A stretch of 64,000 nt of DNA from NCBI GenBank assembly GCA_039028615.1, contig JBCCHT010000001.1:512001-576000 (forward strand). The letters are read 5' to 3'. A program made the translations under genes and the position numbers. This document shows, in pieces, positions 50,813 to 60,172 of this stretch. Numbering within the stretch: the stretch's first letter is position 1; each line of letters opens with the position of its first letter. A model generated the notes under the pieces. It made no database searches. It saw nothing but the letters and a program-made list of their open reading frames with translations, and was not told the origin of the DNA. The stretch comes from Myxococcota bacterium. Its GTDB lineage: Bacteria; Myxococcota_A; Polyangia; Nannocystales; Nannocystaceae.

Positions 50813-51844
50813 TCAGGCTGGATCGTAGGTCAAGCTCGGCAGCGGCAGCTCCCAACCTCCCGCAGGCGTCGGAACATCCACGGTGCAGATGCCCGTCCCG
50901 CCCAGGCCCGGGGGGTCCTGCTCGGGCGCGTACCAGGGGACACACGTCGCGGCCGGATCGTCGCACGTGGGGAATTCCAGGTCGCACAACGCCGCACAGC
51001 ACCCCTCGTTGCCCACGCATGCATCCGAGAGCTCGGCGTCGACGCAGATGGACCCCGCCTCGCAGACGTTGTCGAAATCGCAGGGCTGTCCCGCCTCGAA
51101 GGGGGTCGAGACGCCGGGCACGCAGGTCCATAGGCCGCCGTAGTCGGGCACGCAGACCTGGCCATCGTCGCACTCGGCGGCCAGGGGATTACACGTGGGC
51201 AAGCACAGGATGATCGCGCCTTCGTTGGAGAGACGGCAGTGGTCGCCGTCGGCACACGTGGGCGATGACTCGTCGCCTCCGCAGACGGCCACGCACTCGC
51301 CGAAATTGGTCGTGGGGTCGACGTTCCAGCACACCGATCCGAGCTCACAGGAGTCGATGCCGCTGACTCCACTCCCTTCCACCGTGCACGTCTCGCCGAT
51401 CGCATCGGGGGTGGGAGGCAAGGGCGCACAACGGGTGGAGTTCCACACCGCCCCTCCGTCGTTCGCCCACGGCATACAGGTCTCCCCCTTGGGGCAGTCC
51501 TGCACGAACATGTCGCACTCGAACTGAAACCCGCCGCCGTCGCTGCTGCAGTGCCATGGATCGTCGTCGCCGCTGTTGCACAAAAAGCCCGCGGTCGTGA
51601 GCCCATCGTCGCTGCCGCCCCCCGTGTCGAACCCACCGCCGCTGGTGTCGACCGCGGTCGTCGCTCCCGTGGTGCCCGCGGAGGGAACCGGCGGCGTGGG
51701 GTCGGGCGCGCCCGTCGATTCCGCCGCGCCCGAGGTCGATCCCATCGCCCCATCGTCGTCCCCTTGGGTCGGCCGCGCACTGCAACCGACGACAATTGCC
51801 ATCACTCCCGCGAGGGAACCCAGTCGAATCAAGCCACCATTCAT
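50813..51844 (-). CDS. Cys-rich secreted lipoprotein, tandem paralog 1
   Basis: Lipobox VVGC; Cys spacing nearly colinear with 49773..50801. Confidence 0.8.
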   Translation of the reverse strand: MNGGLIRLGSLAGVMAIVVGCSARPTQGDDDGAMGSTSGAAESTGAPDPTPPVPSAGTTGATTAVDTSGGGFDTGGGSDDGLTTAGFLCNSGDDDPWHCSSDGGGFQFECDMFVQDCPKGETCMPWANDGGAVWNSTRCAPLPPTPDAIGETCTVEGSGVSGIDSCELGSVCWNVDPTTNFGECVAVCGGDESSPTCADGDHCRLSNEGAIILCLPTCNPLAAECDDGQVCVPDYGGLWTCVPGVSTPFEAGQPCDFDNVCEAGSICVDAELSDACVGNEGCCAALCDLEFPTCDDPAATCVPWYAPEQDPPGLGGTGICTVDVPTPAGGWELPLPSLTYDPA

Positions 51845-52041
51845 AACTTCCAAAACTATTATTGACCCTATTTCGATCGAATGTCTCGCACTTTCTCTCG
51901 AATGGGCGAATTACTCATAGCCCCCGAAAATCGAGCCTGAGGAGTCGATTCCACATGATCCGCCGGTTGCGCACCTCGATCCGGCGACAGCAAGCCCAGT
52001 GGCCGGTTCAACCCCGACGAGGACGGCGCAGGGCCGTCGGC

Positions 52042-53223
52042 TCAGCCGCCCGAGGTCGCGTCTTCGGCCTCGGCACAGGGCGGCGTCGCGTCGTCGAGCT
52101 CGTCGAGGTAGCCGTCGGGCAAGGCCACCTTTTGGGTCCCGGCCGACTTGCCGCGAGGCACTCGCACCGCCGAAGGCGGAAACCGCTCGGTGGGATCCAA
52201 GCGCCCCAAGACCTCGGCCAGCGCGTCCACGGTGGCGGCCTGCATGATCTCGTGGCGCAGTCGGGCACTGCCGGGGAAGCCCTTCGTGTACCAGGTGGCG
52301 TGGCGCCGAAACATGCGAACGCCATGCTTCTCGTCGACCCACTCGACCAGCCGTCGCACGTGCTCGAGCATGATCTCGACCACCTCGCCCAGGCGCGGCG
52401 GGTCGGCGGGCGAGCGACCGTCGAACACGTCGCTGAGATCGCGAAACAGCCAAGGTCGACCCAGGCAGCCGCGGCCCACCACCACGCCGTCGCACCCGGT
52501 CTGCCGCATCATACGAAGCGCGTCTTCGGCCTCCCAGATGTCGCCGTTGCCGAGCACGGGGATCGACCGCACCGCCTGCTTGAGCTCGGCGATGGCCTCC
52601 CATCGCGCCTCCCCGTCGTACAGCTGCGCGGCCGTACGGGCATGCAACGCCACCGCGGCGCATCCTTCTTCTTCCCCGATCACCCCGGCCATGGGCGAGC
52701 TCAGGTACTGATCGTTGATGCCCATGCGGAACTTGATGGTGACCGGAATGTCCTCGGAGGCCTGCACGGCCGCCCGCACGATGCTCCGCAGCAATCGCGG
52801 CTTGATCGGGATCGCCGAACCACCGCCCTTGCGGGTGACCTTGCGAACGGGGCACCCGAAGTTCATGTCGATGTGATCGACGGCCCCCTCCCCCACCAAG
52901 CGCTTGACCGCCTCGCTGACGTAGTGCGGATCGACGCCGTAGAGCTGGAGGCTGCGGGGGCGCTCCTCGGGGCCGAAGCCGGCCAGGCGCAGGGTCTTGG
53001 CGTTGCCCATCACCAGCGGGCGCGCGGTGATCATCTCGCTGACGTAGAGGCCGGCGCCGAACCGGCGACAGATGGCGCGGAAGGGGTAGTTGGTCACCCC
53101 TGCCATCGGAGCGAGAACCACGGGCGGCCAGACCTCCATGGGCCCGATGTGGATCGGCTTGAACTCACCGGGCGTCGCCGGGGGCACGTCACGATTGAGT
53201 TCGCTGCGGTAGATCGGGTCCAC
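52042..53223 (-). CDS. dusB: tRNA-dihydrouridine synthase B
   Basis: LAPMAGVT, IDMNFGCPVRKV, HARTA.Q.Y, GNGDI and VGRG.LGRPWLF motifs. Confidence 0.93.
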   Translation of the reverse strand: MDPIYRSELNRDVPPATPGEFKPIHIGPMEVWPPVVLAPMAGVTNYPFRAICRRFGAGLYVSEMITARPLVMGNAKTLRLAGFGPEERPRSLQLYGVDPHYVSEAVKRLVGEGAVDHIDMNFGCPVRKVTRKGGGSAIPIKPRLLRSIVRAAVQASEDIPVTIKFRMGINDQYLSSPMAGVIGEEEGCAAVALHARTAAQLYDGEARWEAIAELKQAVRSIPVLGNGDIWEAEDALRMMRQTGCDGVVVGRGCLGRPWLFRDLSDVFDGRSPADPPRLGEVVEIMLEHVRRLVEWVDEKHGVRMFRRHATWYTKGFPGSARLRHEIMQAATVDALAEVLGRLDPTERFPPSAVRVPRGKSAGTQKVALPDGYLDELDDATPPCAEAEDATSGG

Positions 53224-53299
53224 GGAGCGGATCGGATAGCACGATCCCGCGCAGAGGGGGCCGAGCGCTCCCGACGCGACGTCGCGCCATGGGATCGAG

Positions 53300-54004
53300 T
53301 CAGCCCGCGGCCGCCACCGACGGGTTACGGCCTTCCGCCCACGCGAGGGCGAGGAGCATCGAGATGTAGGTCATGCCCAAGACCGGCACCGTGGTGCCGG
53401 ACAGCGCCGGGCTCGCTTCGATCCCGAGCAGCTCTCCCGTCGAGTGCGTGGCCGTCAGGTACAAGAACGCCAAGCCACCCCCGAATACGGCGGCCCACGT
53501 CACCCAGGTCGCGGGTGTGCGACGGATGCCCGCGGCCGCGTCGGTGCGCAGCACCCAGGCCATGGTCACCACGATGAACGCCAGCTCGAGCGTGATCGCC
53601 ACGTAGGGCGCAGTCTCGTAAAAGCCCGTCGCGACGACCTGGCTGTCCGGGCCGAACACGAAGTGCTCGAAACCACCGACGTAGTCGGTCACCGCGTGCA
53701 CCAGCACCAGCGCCGCGCCCACGAGCCCCGGCTTCCAAGCGCCGAACAGTGCCCGCCCTGCGACCAGGGCCAATGCTGCCCACAGCGGCATCGGCAGGAG
53801 GTCGTGGCTGTAGGTCATGTCGACGTCCAAGGTCTGGAGCGTCACCACCAACACGTTGTCGGGCAGCGTCGGCTCGAGCCCGAGGTAGTGGAAGCACAGC
53901 CACAACAGATCGGGCAGCTGACACGCCACCAGGTAGAACGCGAAGTGCCCCAGCGGAGCCCGTTGTTTGGCCAAGATTGCAGTGGTGAAATGTCCAGCGA
54001 GCAT
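53300..54004 (-). CDS. Membrane-bound metal-dependent hydrolase-like protein (YdjM/YbcI-like)
   Basis: M.AGH, QLPDLLW, YSHDL and H..TD motifs; GGAGG RBS upstream of ATG 54004. Confidence 0.7.
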   Translation of the reverse strand: MLAGHFTTAILAKQRAPLGHFAFYLVACQLPDLLWLCFHYLGLEPTLPDNVLVVTLQTLDVDMTYSHDLLPMPLWAALALVAGRALFGAWKPGLVGAALVLVHAVTDYVGGFEHFVFGPDSQVVATGFYETAPYVAITLELAFIVVTMAWVLRTDAAAGIRRTPATWVTWAAVFGGGLAFLYLTATHSTGELLGIEASPALSGTTVPVLGMTYISMLLALAWAEGRNPSVAAAG

Positions 54005-54061
54005 CGTCGTCCTCCTTCGTGCCAAGCACGCATTGAGCGCGCCTCGGAGCCTTCGCTCCTT

Positions 54062-54138
54062 TTTCGTACCGAGTGGTACAAATCAGATAATTGACACACA
54101 GAGTGGTGTCAAGGCGTTTTGTACCGTAAGGTACGAAA
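54062..54138. promoter_or_regulatory. Divergent promoter region with two palindromic TetR-type operators
   Basis: GTACC-N4-GGTAC at 54066-54079 and 54121-54134 flank a central TTGACAC-N8-GTGTCAA (54091-54112). Confidence 0.75.
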
Positions 54139-54141
54139 TAG

Positions 54142-54744
54142 ATGACGGAGCCGGGCAAGCGGGCGCGCGGACGCCCCCGTTCGGTCGATCGGCAGTCCGC
54201 CGTCGACCTCGCCATGGACACCTACTGGCGCCTCGGCCTGTCGGCGCTGTCGCTCAACGAGATGTGCAAGCGCGTCGGCTTGTCCAAGCCCGCGCTGTAT
54301 CGAGAGTTCGGCGGCGAAGATGGATTGCAAGCCGCAGCCCTCGCGACCTACCGACACCACGTCGTCCGTCCGATGCTCGATCAGCTCGACGGCGACGCCC
54401 CTTTGGCGACGATGCTCGAAGCCGCGGTCGTGGGCCTCACCTCCGACCGCGGCACTCCGCCCGGCTGCCTGTTCACCAAGCTGCGGATCGCCAAGTCACG
54501 CCTGGGCCCGGCCGCCCTCGAGGCGATCGACGGACTCGAGCGAGAGCACCTCGCCGACTACCGGGCGCTGTACCAACGCGGGCTCGATCGCGGGCAGGCC
54601 AACCCCGAGCTGGACGCGGAGTTTGCCGCCATCTACATCGACACGCAGCTCGCCTCCGTGCTCGTGCAGATGGGCATCGGCATCGACCCGATGCAAGTGC
54701 GTCGGCAGGGCCTGCTGGCGATGCAAGTCCTCGTCGCGCGCTAG
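54142..54744 (+). CDS. TetR/AcrR-family transcriptional regulator
   Basis: RGRPRS, HTH GLSKPALYREFG and GCLF in the C-terminal domain. Confidence 0.9.
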   Translation: MTEPGKRARGRPRSVDRQSAVDLAMDTYWRLGLSALSLNEMCKRVGLSKPALYREFGGEDGLQAAALATYRHHVVRPMLDQLDGDAPLATMLEAAVVGLTSDRGTPPGCLFTKLRIAKSRLGPAALEAIDGLEREHLADYRALYQRGLDRGQANPELDAEFAAIYIDTQLASVLVQMGIGIDPMQVRRQGLLAMQVLVAR

Positions 54745-54888
54745 CACCCACCTCGAAGACACTCAGCGTGCCACTTCGCCGCCGCTTCCATCGATCACAC
54801 ACTTCGTCCGTACACTCATCGTGCCACTTCGGCGTGGCCTCACCTTCTCGACCGATGACAAGCGACGGCGGGCCGCTACTCTCCACCG

Positions 54889-56325
54889 GTGGCATCGCTC
54901 CCCGTCGCGGGTCTCCCTGGTCTTCGCCCCATCCCCCTCATCGGTCCATCGCTGGCGCTGATCCGAGTGTTCACGGATCCGTTGCGAACCCTGCCCAAGC
55001 TCTACGCCGAGCACGGCTCCATCGCCGCCATGGGCCGAGGCGACGCCACCGTCGTGTGTGCGTTCGGGCCGACCTACAACCAACAGCTGCTCCCTCGCGC
55101 GCAGCAGTTCGAGGTCTCGACCGATCGCCCCATCCCGCTGCCCGACAACACCGCCTTGTCGCGGCTGTCGGGCAACCTTTCGCGCACCAACGGCGACGCC
55201 CACCGCCGGATCCGTCGCCTGATGATGCCCGCGTTCAGCAAGACGGCGATGAGCGGCTACCACGGGGCCATGACCGACGTCCTGACGACGCACATGAGTC
55301 GCTGGCGCCCGGGGGAAACCGTCGACCTGGCGCTGGCGATGCATCGCATCACCTTGGACATGTTCTCGACGTGCCTGTTCGGCGTCTCGCCCGAAGCCGG
55401 ACACCACGGGGAAGAAGGCCTCGCCCAGCTCGCGGCGGTGTTCCTGCGGGGCATGACTTCGCCCGCCACGATGCTGCTGCCGGTCGACTTGCCCTTCCTG
55501 CCCTTCGGCAAGCACATGCGACGCTGCGAAGAGCTGGAGCTGCGCATGCAGGCCCTCGTCGCCCAGCGGCGCGCCGAGGGCCTCGAGGGGCGCAAAGACG
55601 CGGTCTCGCTGCTCCTACGAAGCTGCGACGAGGACACCGAAGGGCACACGCCGCTCGACGAAGCGGAGATCATCGCCAACATGATCCTGCTGTTCCTGGC
55701 CGGCTACGAGACCACCGCCAACGGCCTGTGCGGTGCGCTGATGCTGCTGGCGCAGCACCCCGAGCGTCAGGTGGAGCTCCGCGAACAGCTCGACGGACGC
55801 TTCGGCGGCGGCACCCCGAGCGTGGAAGAGCTCGCCGAGCTTCCGCTGCTCGGCGCGGTGGTCAACGAAGCGCTGCGCATGCTGCCGCCGGTCTACATCA
55901 CGCTCGTGCGCCGCTCCACCGCGCCCTTCCGCCTCGGCCAGTGGGAGCTCCCCGCCGACGCGAAGCTCGTGCTCAGCCCGCTCATCACCCATCACATGCC
56001 CGAGGTCTGGGCCGATCCCAAGCGCTTTTCGCCCGCGCGATTTTTGGAGCGCAAGCCCACGCCCTACGAGTTCATGCCCTTCGGCGGCGGCTCTCGGCGC
56101 TGCATCGGGGCGGCGTTCTCCGACCTCGAGATGCGCCTGGGCCTGGCCATGCTGCTACAGCGCTTCTCCTTCGGCCTCGAGGCGGGCCAACGCATCGACC
56201 TGCAGACTCGGGCCATCACCCTGGGCGCCAAGGGCTCGGTGCGCACGCGGCTGTTCGCGCCCATCGACCAGCCGCGGCGTCCCACCTCGGTCGACGGGGA
56301 CATCCAAGACTGGGTCCGGTGGTGA
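54889..56325 (+). CDS. Cytochrome P450
   Basis: AGYETTA, EALR, FSPARF and FGGGSRRCIG motifs; TACTCT box 6 nt before GTG. Confidence 0.95.
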   Translation: MASLPVAGLPGLRPIPLIGPSLALIRVFTDPLRTLPKLYAEHGSIAAMGRGDATVVCAFGPTYNQQLLPRAQQFEVSTDRPIPLPDNTALSRLSGNLSRTNGDAHRRIRRLMMPAFSKTAMSGYHGAMTDVLTTHMSRWRPGETVDLALAMHRITLDMFSTCLFGVSPEAGHHGEEGLAQLAAVFLRGMTSPATMLLPVDLPFLPFGKHMRRCEELELRMQALVAQRRAEGLEGRKDAVSLLLRSCDEDTEGHTPLDEAEIIANMILLFLAGYETTANGLCGALMLLAQHPERQVELREQLDGRFGGGTPSVEELAELPLLGAVVNEALRMLPPVYITLVRRSTAPFRLGQWELPADAKLVLSPLITHHMPEVWADPKRFSPARFLERKPTPYEFMPFGGGSRRCIGAAFSDLEMRLGLAMLLQRFSFGLEAGQRIDLQTRAITLGAKGSVRTRLFAPIDQPRRPTSVDGDIQDWVRW

Positions 56326-56398
56326 ACGCAAACACACCCATCGAGCCGACCAAGGTCGGTCCGATGGGTGCGCGGTGTCGATATGCTCGCGGTCGTGG

Positions 56399-57247
56399 CT
56401 AGCTGAACAGCGACACGACGAGCCACAGGATCGGGTACAGCGCGAAGATCACGTAGAGCACCGAGGCCTGCGAGCGCGCCCGCTTCATGGGCACGAAGAG
56501 CCAGACGAAGGCGACGCCGCTAATCGCCAGCAAGCCCTGCATCTGCTCTTGGAAGCACAGCCAGGCCAGCACCACGAGCACGGCCCGGCACGCCCAGATC
56601 GCCCCCTTTTGGCCGAGCAGTACCGCGGTGGTGATCTTGCCCTGGATCTTGTCCGTCTTCATGTCGGTGATCTCTCCCGACAGCTGCAAGGCCGCGACGT
56701 AGAGCGACGCGATGACCGCGAGCACGAGCGACGGCCCGGGCAGATCGCTGACCATGGACGGCATGAACAGCGCGTGCAGGTAGACGTACACGACGATGAC
56801 CAGCTCCAGCGGGCCCCGACGGCTGAGCTGGAAGGGCTTTTCGTTGTAGCTCGCGTTGGCGAACAAGAACGATGCGACCAACGCCACGATGCCCAGCATG
56901 CTGGCCCCCGCCCACCACATGCAGGCACCCACCGCCAGCGTGGACAGCACGATCGTGCGCGGGACCCAGGCCATCTCCGTGTGCGAGTAGGCCATGCCGA
57001 AGGCGTTCACCAGCAGGTTGTCCTGCGTGGTCTTGCGCTTGCAGTGCGCATCCACGTCGGCGTCGCGCAGGTCGTTCCAGGCGCAGGCGATGAAGTTCAT
57101 GGGCACGACCACGATGGCCAGCCCCAGCCACAGCATCCAGCCCCGAAGATCGGCCGGGTCGGGGATGGCGAACATGTAGACCGCCGAGGTTACCCCCCAC
57201 ATCCCCGGTCGAGACATCATCACGTAGCGTCGAATCGCATCACTCAT
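56399..57247 (-). CDS. UbiA-superfamily prenyltransferase (or UbiA-type cyclase/elongase)
   Basis: SRP..W start, NDLRDADVD (NDxxDxxxD), YN..PF and ITDMKTDKIQGKITTA (DxxxD..G.T); many TMs. Confidence 0.85.
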   Translation of the reverse strand: MSDAIRRYVMMSRPGMWGVTSAVYMFAIPDPADLRGWMLWLGLAIVVVPMNFIACAWNDLRDADVDAHCKRKTTQDNLLVNAFGMAYSHTEMAWVPRTIVLSTLAVGACMWWAGASMLGIVALVASFLFANASYNEKPFQLSRRGPLELVIVVYVYLHALFMPSMVSDLPGPSLVLAVIASLYVAALQLSGEITDMKTDKIQGKITTAVLLGQKGAIWACRAVLVVLAWLCFQEQMQGLLAISGVAFVWLFVPMKRARSQASVLYVIFALYPILWLVVSLFS

Positions 57248-57251
57248 TGGT

Positions 57252-57752
57252 TCATTTGCCCTGTTCGGTAACTCGCCAGTCGTCGATGGCGAGCGCTTTG
57301 GTCAGCAAGCCCTCACACGCTGCCGCAGCAGCGTCTGCCCCCAAGACCCCTTGCGGACCGATGAAAATGGCCTCGGTATCGTTGCGCGCGTGCACCCGAT
57401 TCCCCACGATCAAGTTCGTCTGGAATTGCAGCAAGCGGCCGCTCATGCCGAGCGCCCGCGTATCGAGCGTGTAGCGGGTGTTCCGGCTCAACTCGCGGCG
57501 ATAGACGATGCGCTGGGAGGCCACGACGGCCTTCACTCCCTGGCTCCGCCAGCGCATGAGCGCCCCCGAGCGGATCAGCCAATCCGCGCGAGACAGCTCC
57601 ATGACCTGGGCGTACACCGCCTGGTTCATGTGCAAGTTGATGTCGATTTCGCCGAGGCGAACCCGACGATGGATCCGGGAAACGAGCGCTCCATCCCGCG
57701 CTACGGCTGCGCGTAGCAGGACGGGAAGTGTGCGACTGAGGTAACTCAACAT
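57252..57752 (-). CDS. Hotdog-fold thioesterase (4HBT-like)
   Basis: EIDINLHMNQAVY motif; ends 4 nt upstream of the UbiA gene. Confidence 0.85.
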   Translation of the reverse strand: MLSYLSRTLPVLLRAAVARDGALVSRIHRRVRLGEIDINLHMNQAVYAQVMELSRADWLIRSGALMRWRSQGVKAVVASQRIVYRRELSRNTRYTLDTRALGMSGRLLQFQTNLIVGNRVHARNDTEAIFIGPQGVLGADAAAAACEGLLTKALAIDDWRVTEQGK

Positions 57753-58197
57753 TGGCGTGATTCAGCCGATCTTCGAGATTCGGTCGATCCTGAGATCGTC
57801 CGAACTCCGAGGATGAACACCGCGAACGCTCGACCGCGCGAGAGTTCGGAGTGTATGGGAGATGGTCTCCGAGTCCAGTCGTCTCGCACCGACACGAGGA
57901 GTCGTGAATGTGCGCTGTCGCAGGGTCTCGGGACGTGATTGCACGATGGCCGCCGGGTGAATACACCCATCGTGCCGCGAAGTCAGCACCCCCAACGTGC
58001 GACCCGGAGCCGCGGTCGTATCGTGGTCGTCAATCGATGAGTTCGCAGGTCGTTCGCCATTCGTGCCAAACGAGTCACGCGTGGGTCCGGCTCACGCGTC
58101 GATCGTCGTCGAATGTCGACGCGGCATTGCTCATAGGGGTTCCAACGACACGACATCGCACGCTGGCACGATGGGAGTCTTTTCGCAGAAAGTCGCA

Positions 58198-59010
58198 TCA
58201 CCGCTGCGACGCGATGTCGTACCTCTTCGCCGGTCGGCGCCACAATCCCACCAGAAGAAGCAACGCCCACGCGCCGCCGAACCGATCACCCGACAGCCCA
58301 CAACTCGCACAACCTCGATCGCTCACTCCGACGTCGGTCTGCCCCCCGTCCCCACCGGAACCCGTCGTGCTCCCCGTGTTCGGGAGGCTGGGCCCGCCGC
58401 TGGTGCTGGTGGATTCTGGCCCCGTGCCGTCGTCACCCGCCACACCGGTCGATCCCACCGTGCCTGCGCCCCCGCTCGAGTCACCGCCCGTCGGCAGGCA
58501 CATCGCCCCCCGCCCCGTCTTCGCGCACTCGAGCGAGCCCTTGCACTGCTCGAGGAAGCGAGACTGGCCGCCGTTGTCGGCACACAGGCGCACAGCTCCA
58601 CGGGAACAGAAGGTCTCTCCCGGCGTGCAGACCTGCGGCTCGCACGTACTGCTGGCGAGGCAGTACTCGCCTCGGCCACAGTGCGCGTCTTCGAGGCAGG
58701 CTTGGCACGTCGAGTCATCGAGGTCGCAGTGGGGCTGCCGCGGCGGGCAATCGGCATCGGTGCGACACGCGAAGATGCACTCGCCATGGCTCGCGCACTG
58801 CATGCCCTCCGTGCAGTGCTCGTCCTCGACGCACTCCTCACAGGTGCCCTCGGGGATGTCGCAATACGGCGCCCAGTCGTTGAAGCAATCCTCGTCCTCG
58901 GTGCAGGGCGGATTGCCGATGTCGAAGATCGGAACGCCCGCGATGGCTGGCGAGGCCGCGACGAACAACGAGCCGCAGTACAGACCGGAGCCGAGCAGGA
59001 GCCTTCTCAT
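58198..59010 (-). CDS. Cys-rich secreted protein with MYXO-CTERM-like sorting signal
   Basis: Signal peptide, C..D.DC....P.CD...C.EC repeats, G/S/T linker and GCASC...WALLLLVGLWRR tail. Confidence 0.8.
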   Translation of the reverse strand: MRRLLLGSGLYCGSLFVAASPAIAGVPIFDIGNPPCTEDEDCFNDWAPYCDIPEGTCEECVEDEHCTEGMQCASHGECIFACRTDADCPPRQPHCDLDDSTCQACLEDAHCGRGEYCLASSTCEPQVCTPGETFCSRGAVRLCADNGGQSRFLEQCKGSLECAKTGRGAMCLPTGGDSSGGAGTVGSTGVAGDDGTGPESTSTSGGPSLPNTGSTTGSGGDGGQTDVGVSDRGCASCGLSGDRFGGAWALLLLVGLWRRPAKRYDIASQR

Positions 59011-59116
59011 CGCTTCATTGAAGCGCAATCGCGTGCCCACGTGAACATGCCGAGGCACTGCGGGCTCGGTTCTCATGGCCGAAATCGCGCTAGCACCCCC
59101 GACGGCGCCGCTCGCA

Positions 59117-60172
59117 TTACTCGGCGGCCGGAGCGGGCGGCCAGACATGGGCAAAACGCTCGCTCAATCGCCCTTCTTCGTGCCCGAACCAGTACGGCGG
59201 TCGGGCCTCGGGGCCGTCATAGATCCGCGCCAACCAGCTGATTCCCCCGCGGCCGACGTAGTGATCGGTGCGGTCGAAGACCGGATCCGCCAGTGCCTCC
59301 GCAAGGCCGACCAGCACCCAGCCACGTTCGCGGAAGTCCGCCAGCACGTCGGCGAGGTGATCGGCCGCCAGTTCGTTGACGTGAAAGAGCACCGTCTGGG
59401 GTGTGTCGGCACCGGTCTCGTGGCGAGCCAGCAGCCGCCCCTGCTCCACCGCCTCGACCATGTGCGTGCGATAGGCCTGCACCACCTCCGCCTTCAGGAC
59501 TTCGTCGCCTTGCGTCATCGCCTCGCGATAGACGAAGGCCAGCAGCCATTCGGTGGTCGCCACCGTGACGTGGGCATTGTCGTAGCCCAGCGCGGCCAGC
59601 CGATCGCGAGCCTCGTCGCGCAGCTGCACCGTGTCCCCCTGGCTGAGGTAGGGGTAGCGAAACCACGTGGGCGGCTGCGGCAGACGGGCGCTGAGCTGCT
59701 CGTGGCAGCGGGCGACGTCGTCCATCCACGCATCCAGCGGCGTGTCGGCCAAGTTGGCGTGGCTGCTGGTGTGGTTGCCCACCACCATGCCCGCCTCGGA
59801 CCACAGCTCCACGCTGCGTTCCTGCGGCCGCAAGCGATCGCAGTTGAAGAATACGGAGGCGGGCGCTTCGAACTCGTGCAAGGTCGCCAGGATCCGCCGA
59901 TTGAGCGCCATGACCTGCTCGGGCGTGGGGCTCGGGCTGCCGCCATCGACATAGGGCGCATCGTCGAAGCTCAGGTGCACGCGCAGCGGGGCCTCGGCGT
60001 CCACGGGGGGCTCGGCGTCGGCTTCGGGCACCACGACGGGCTCCGGCCGCTCCGCGGGGACCGTGCTCGGCGTCGAGCAGCTGGCCACGACCGCCGCGAG
60101 CAACAACACGACGCCCAAGAGGAACCAGCCGTTGGACGCGACGTCACACGGGTCGGTGAATCTCGATCGCAT
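59117..60172 (-). CDS. Polysaccharide deacetylase (CE4) lipoprotein
   Basis: SFDDAP, GNHTSSH, FRYPY and LFH motifs; lipobox VASC. Start uncertain. Confidence 0.88.
   Translation of the reverse strand: MRSRFTDPCDVASNGWFLLGVVLLLAAVVASCSTPSTVPAERPEPVVVPEADAEPPVDAEAPLRVHLSFDDAPYVDGGSPSPTPEQVMALNRRILATLHEFEAPASVFFNCDRLRPQERSVELWSEAGMVVGNHTSSHANLADTPLDAWMDDVARCHEQLSARLPQPPTWFRYPYLSQGDTVQLRDEARDRLAALGYDNAHVTVATTEWLLAFVYREAMTQGDEVLKAEVVQAYRTHMVEAVEQGRLLARHETGADTPQTVLFHVNELAADHLADVLADFRERGWVLVGLAEALADPVFDRTDHYVGRGGISWLARIYDGPEARPPYWFGHEEGRLSERFAHVWPPAPAAE

Noticed and set aside
57753..58197. 445-bp intergenic region as a possible ncRNA or small ORF
   Set aside because: Only short imperfect hairpins and ORFs without motifs; no recognisable RNA family.
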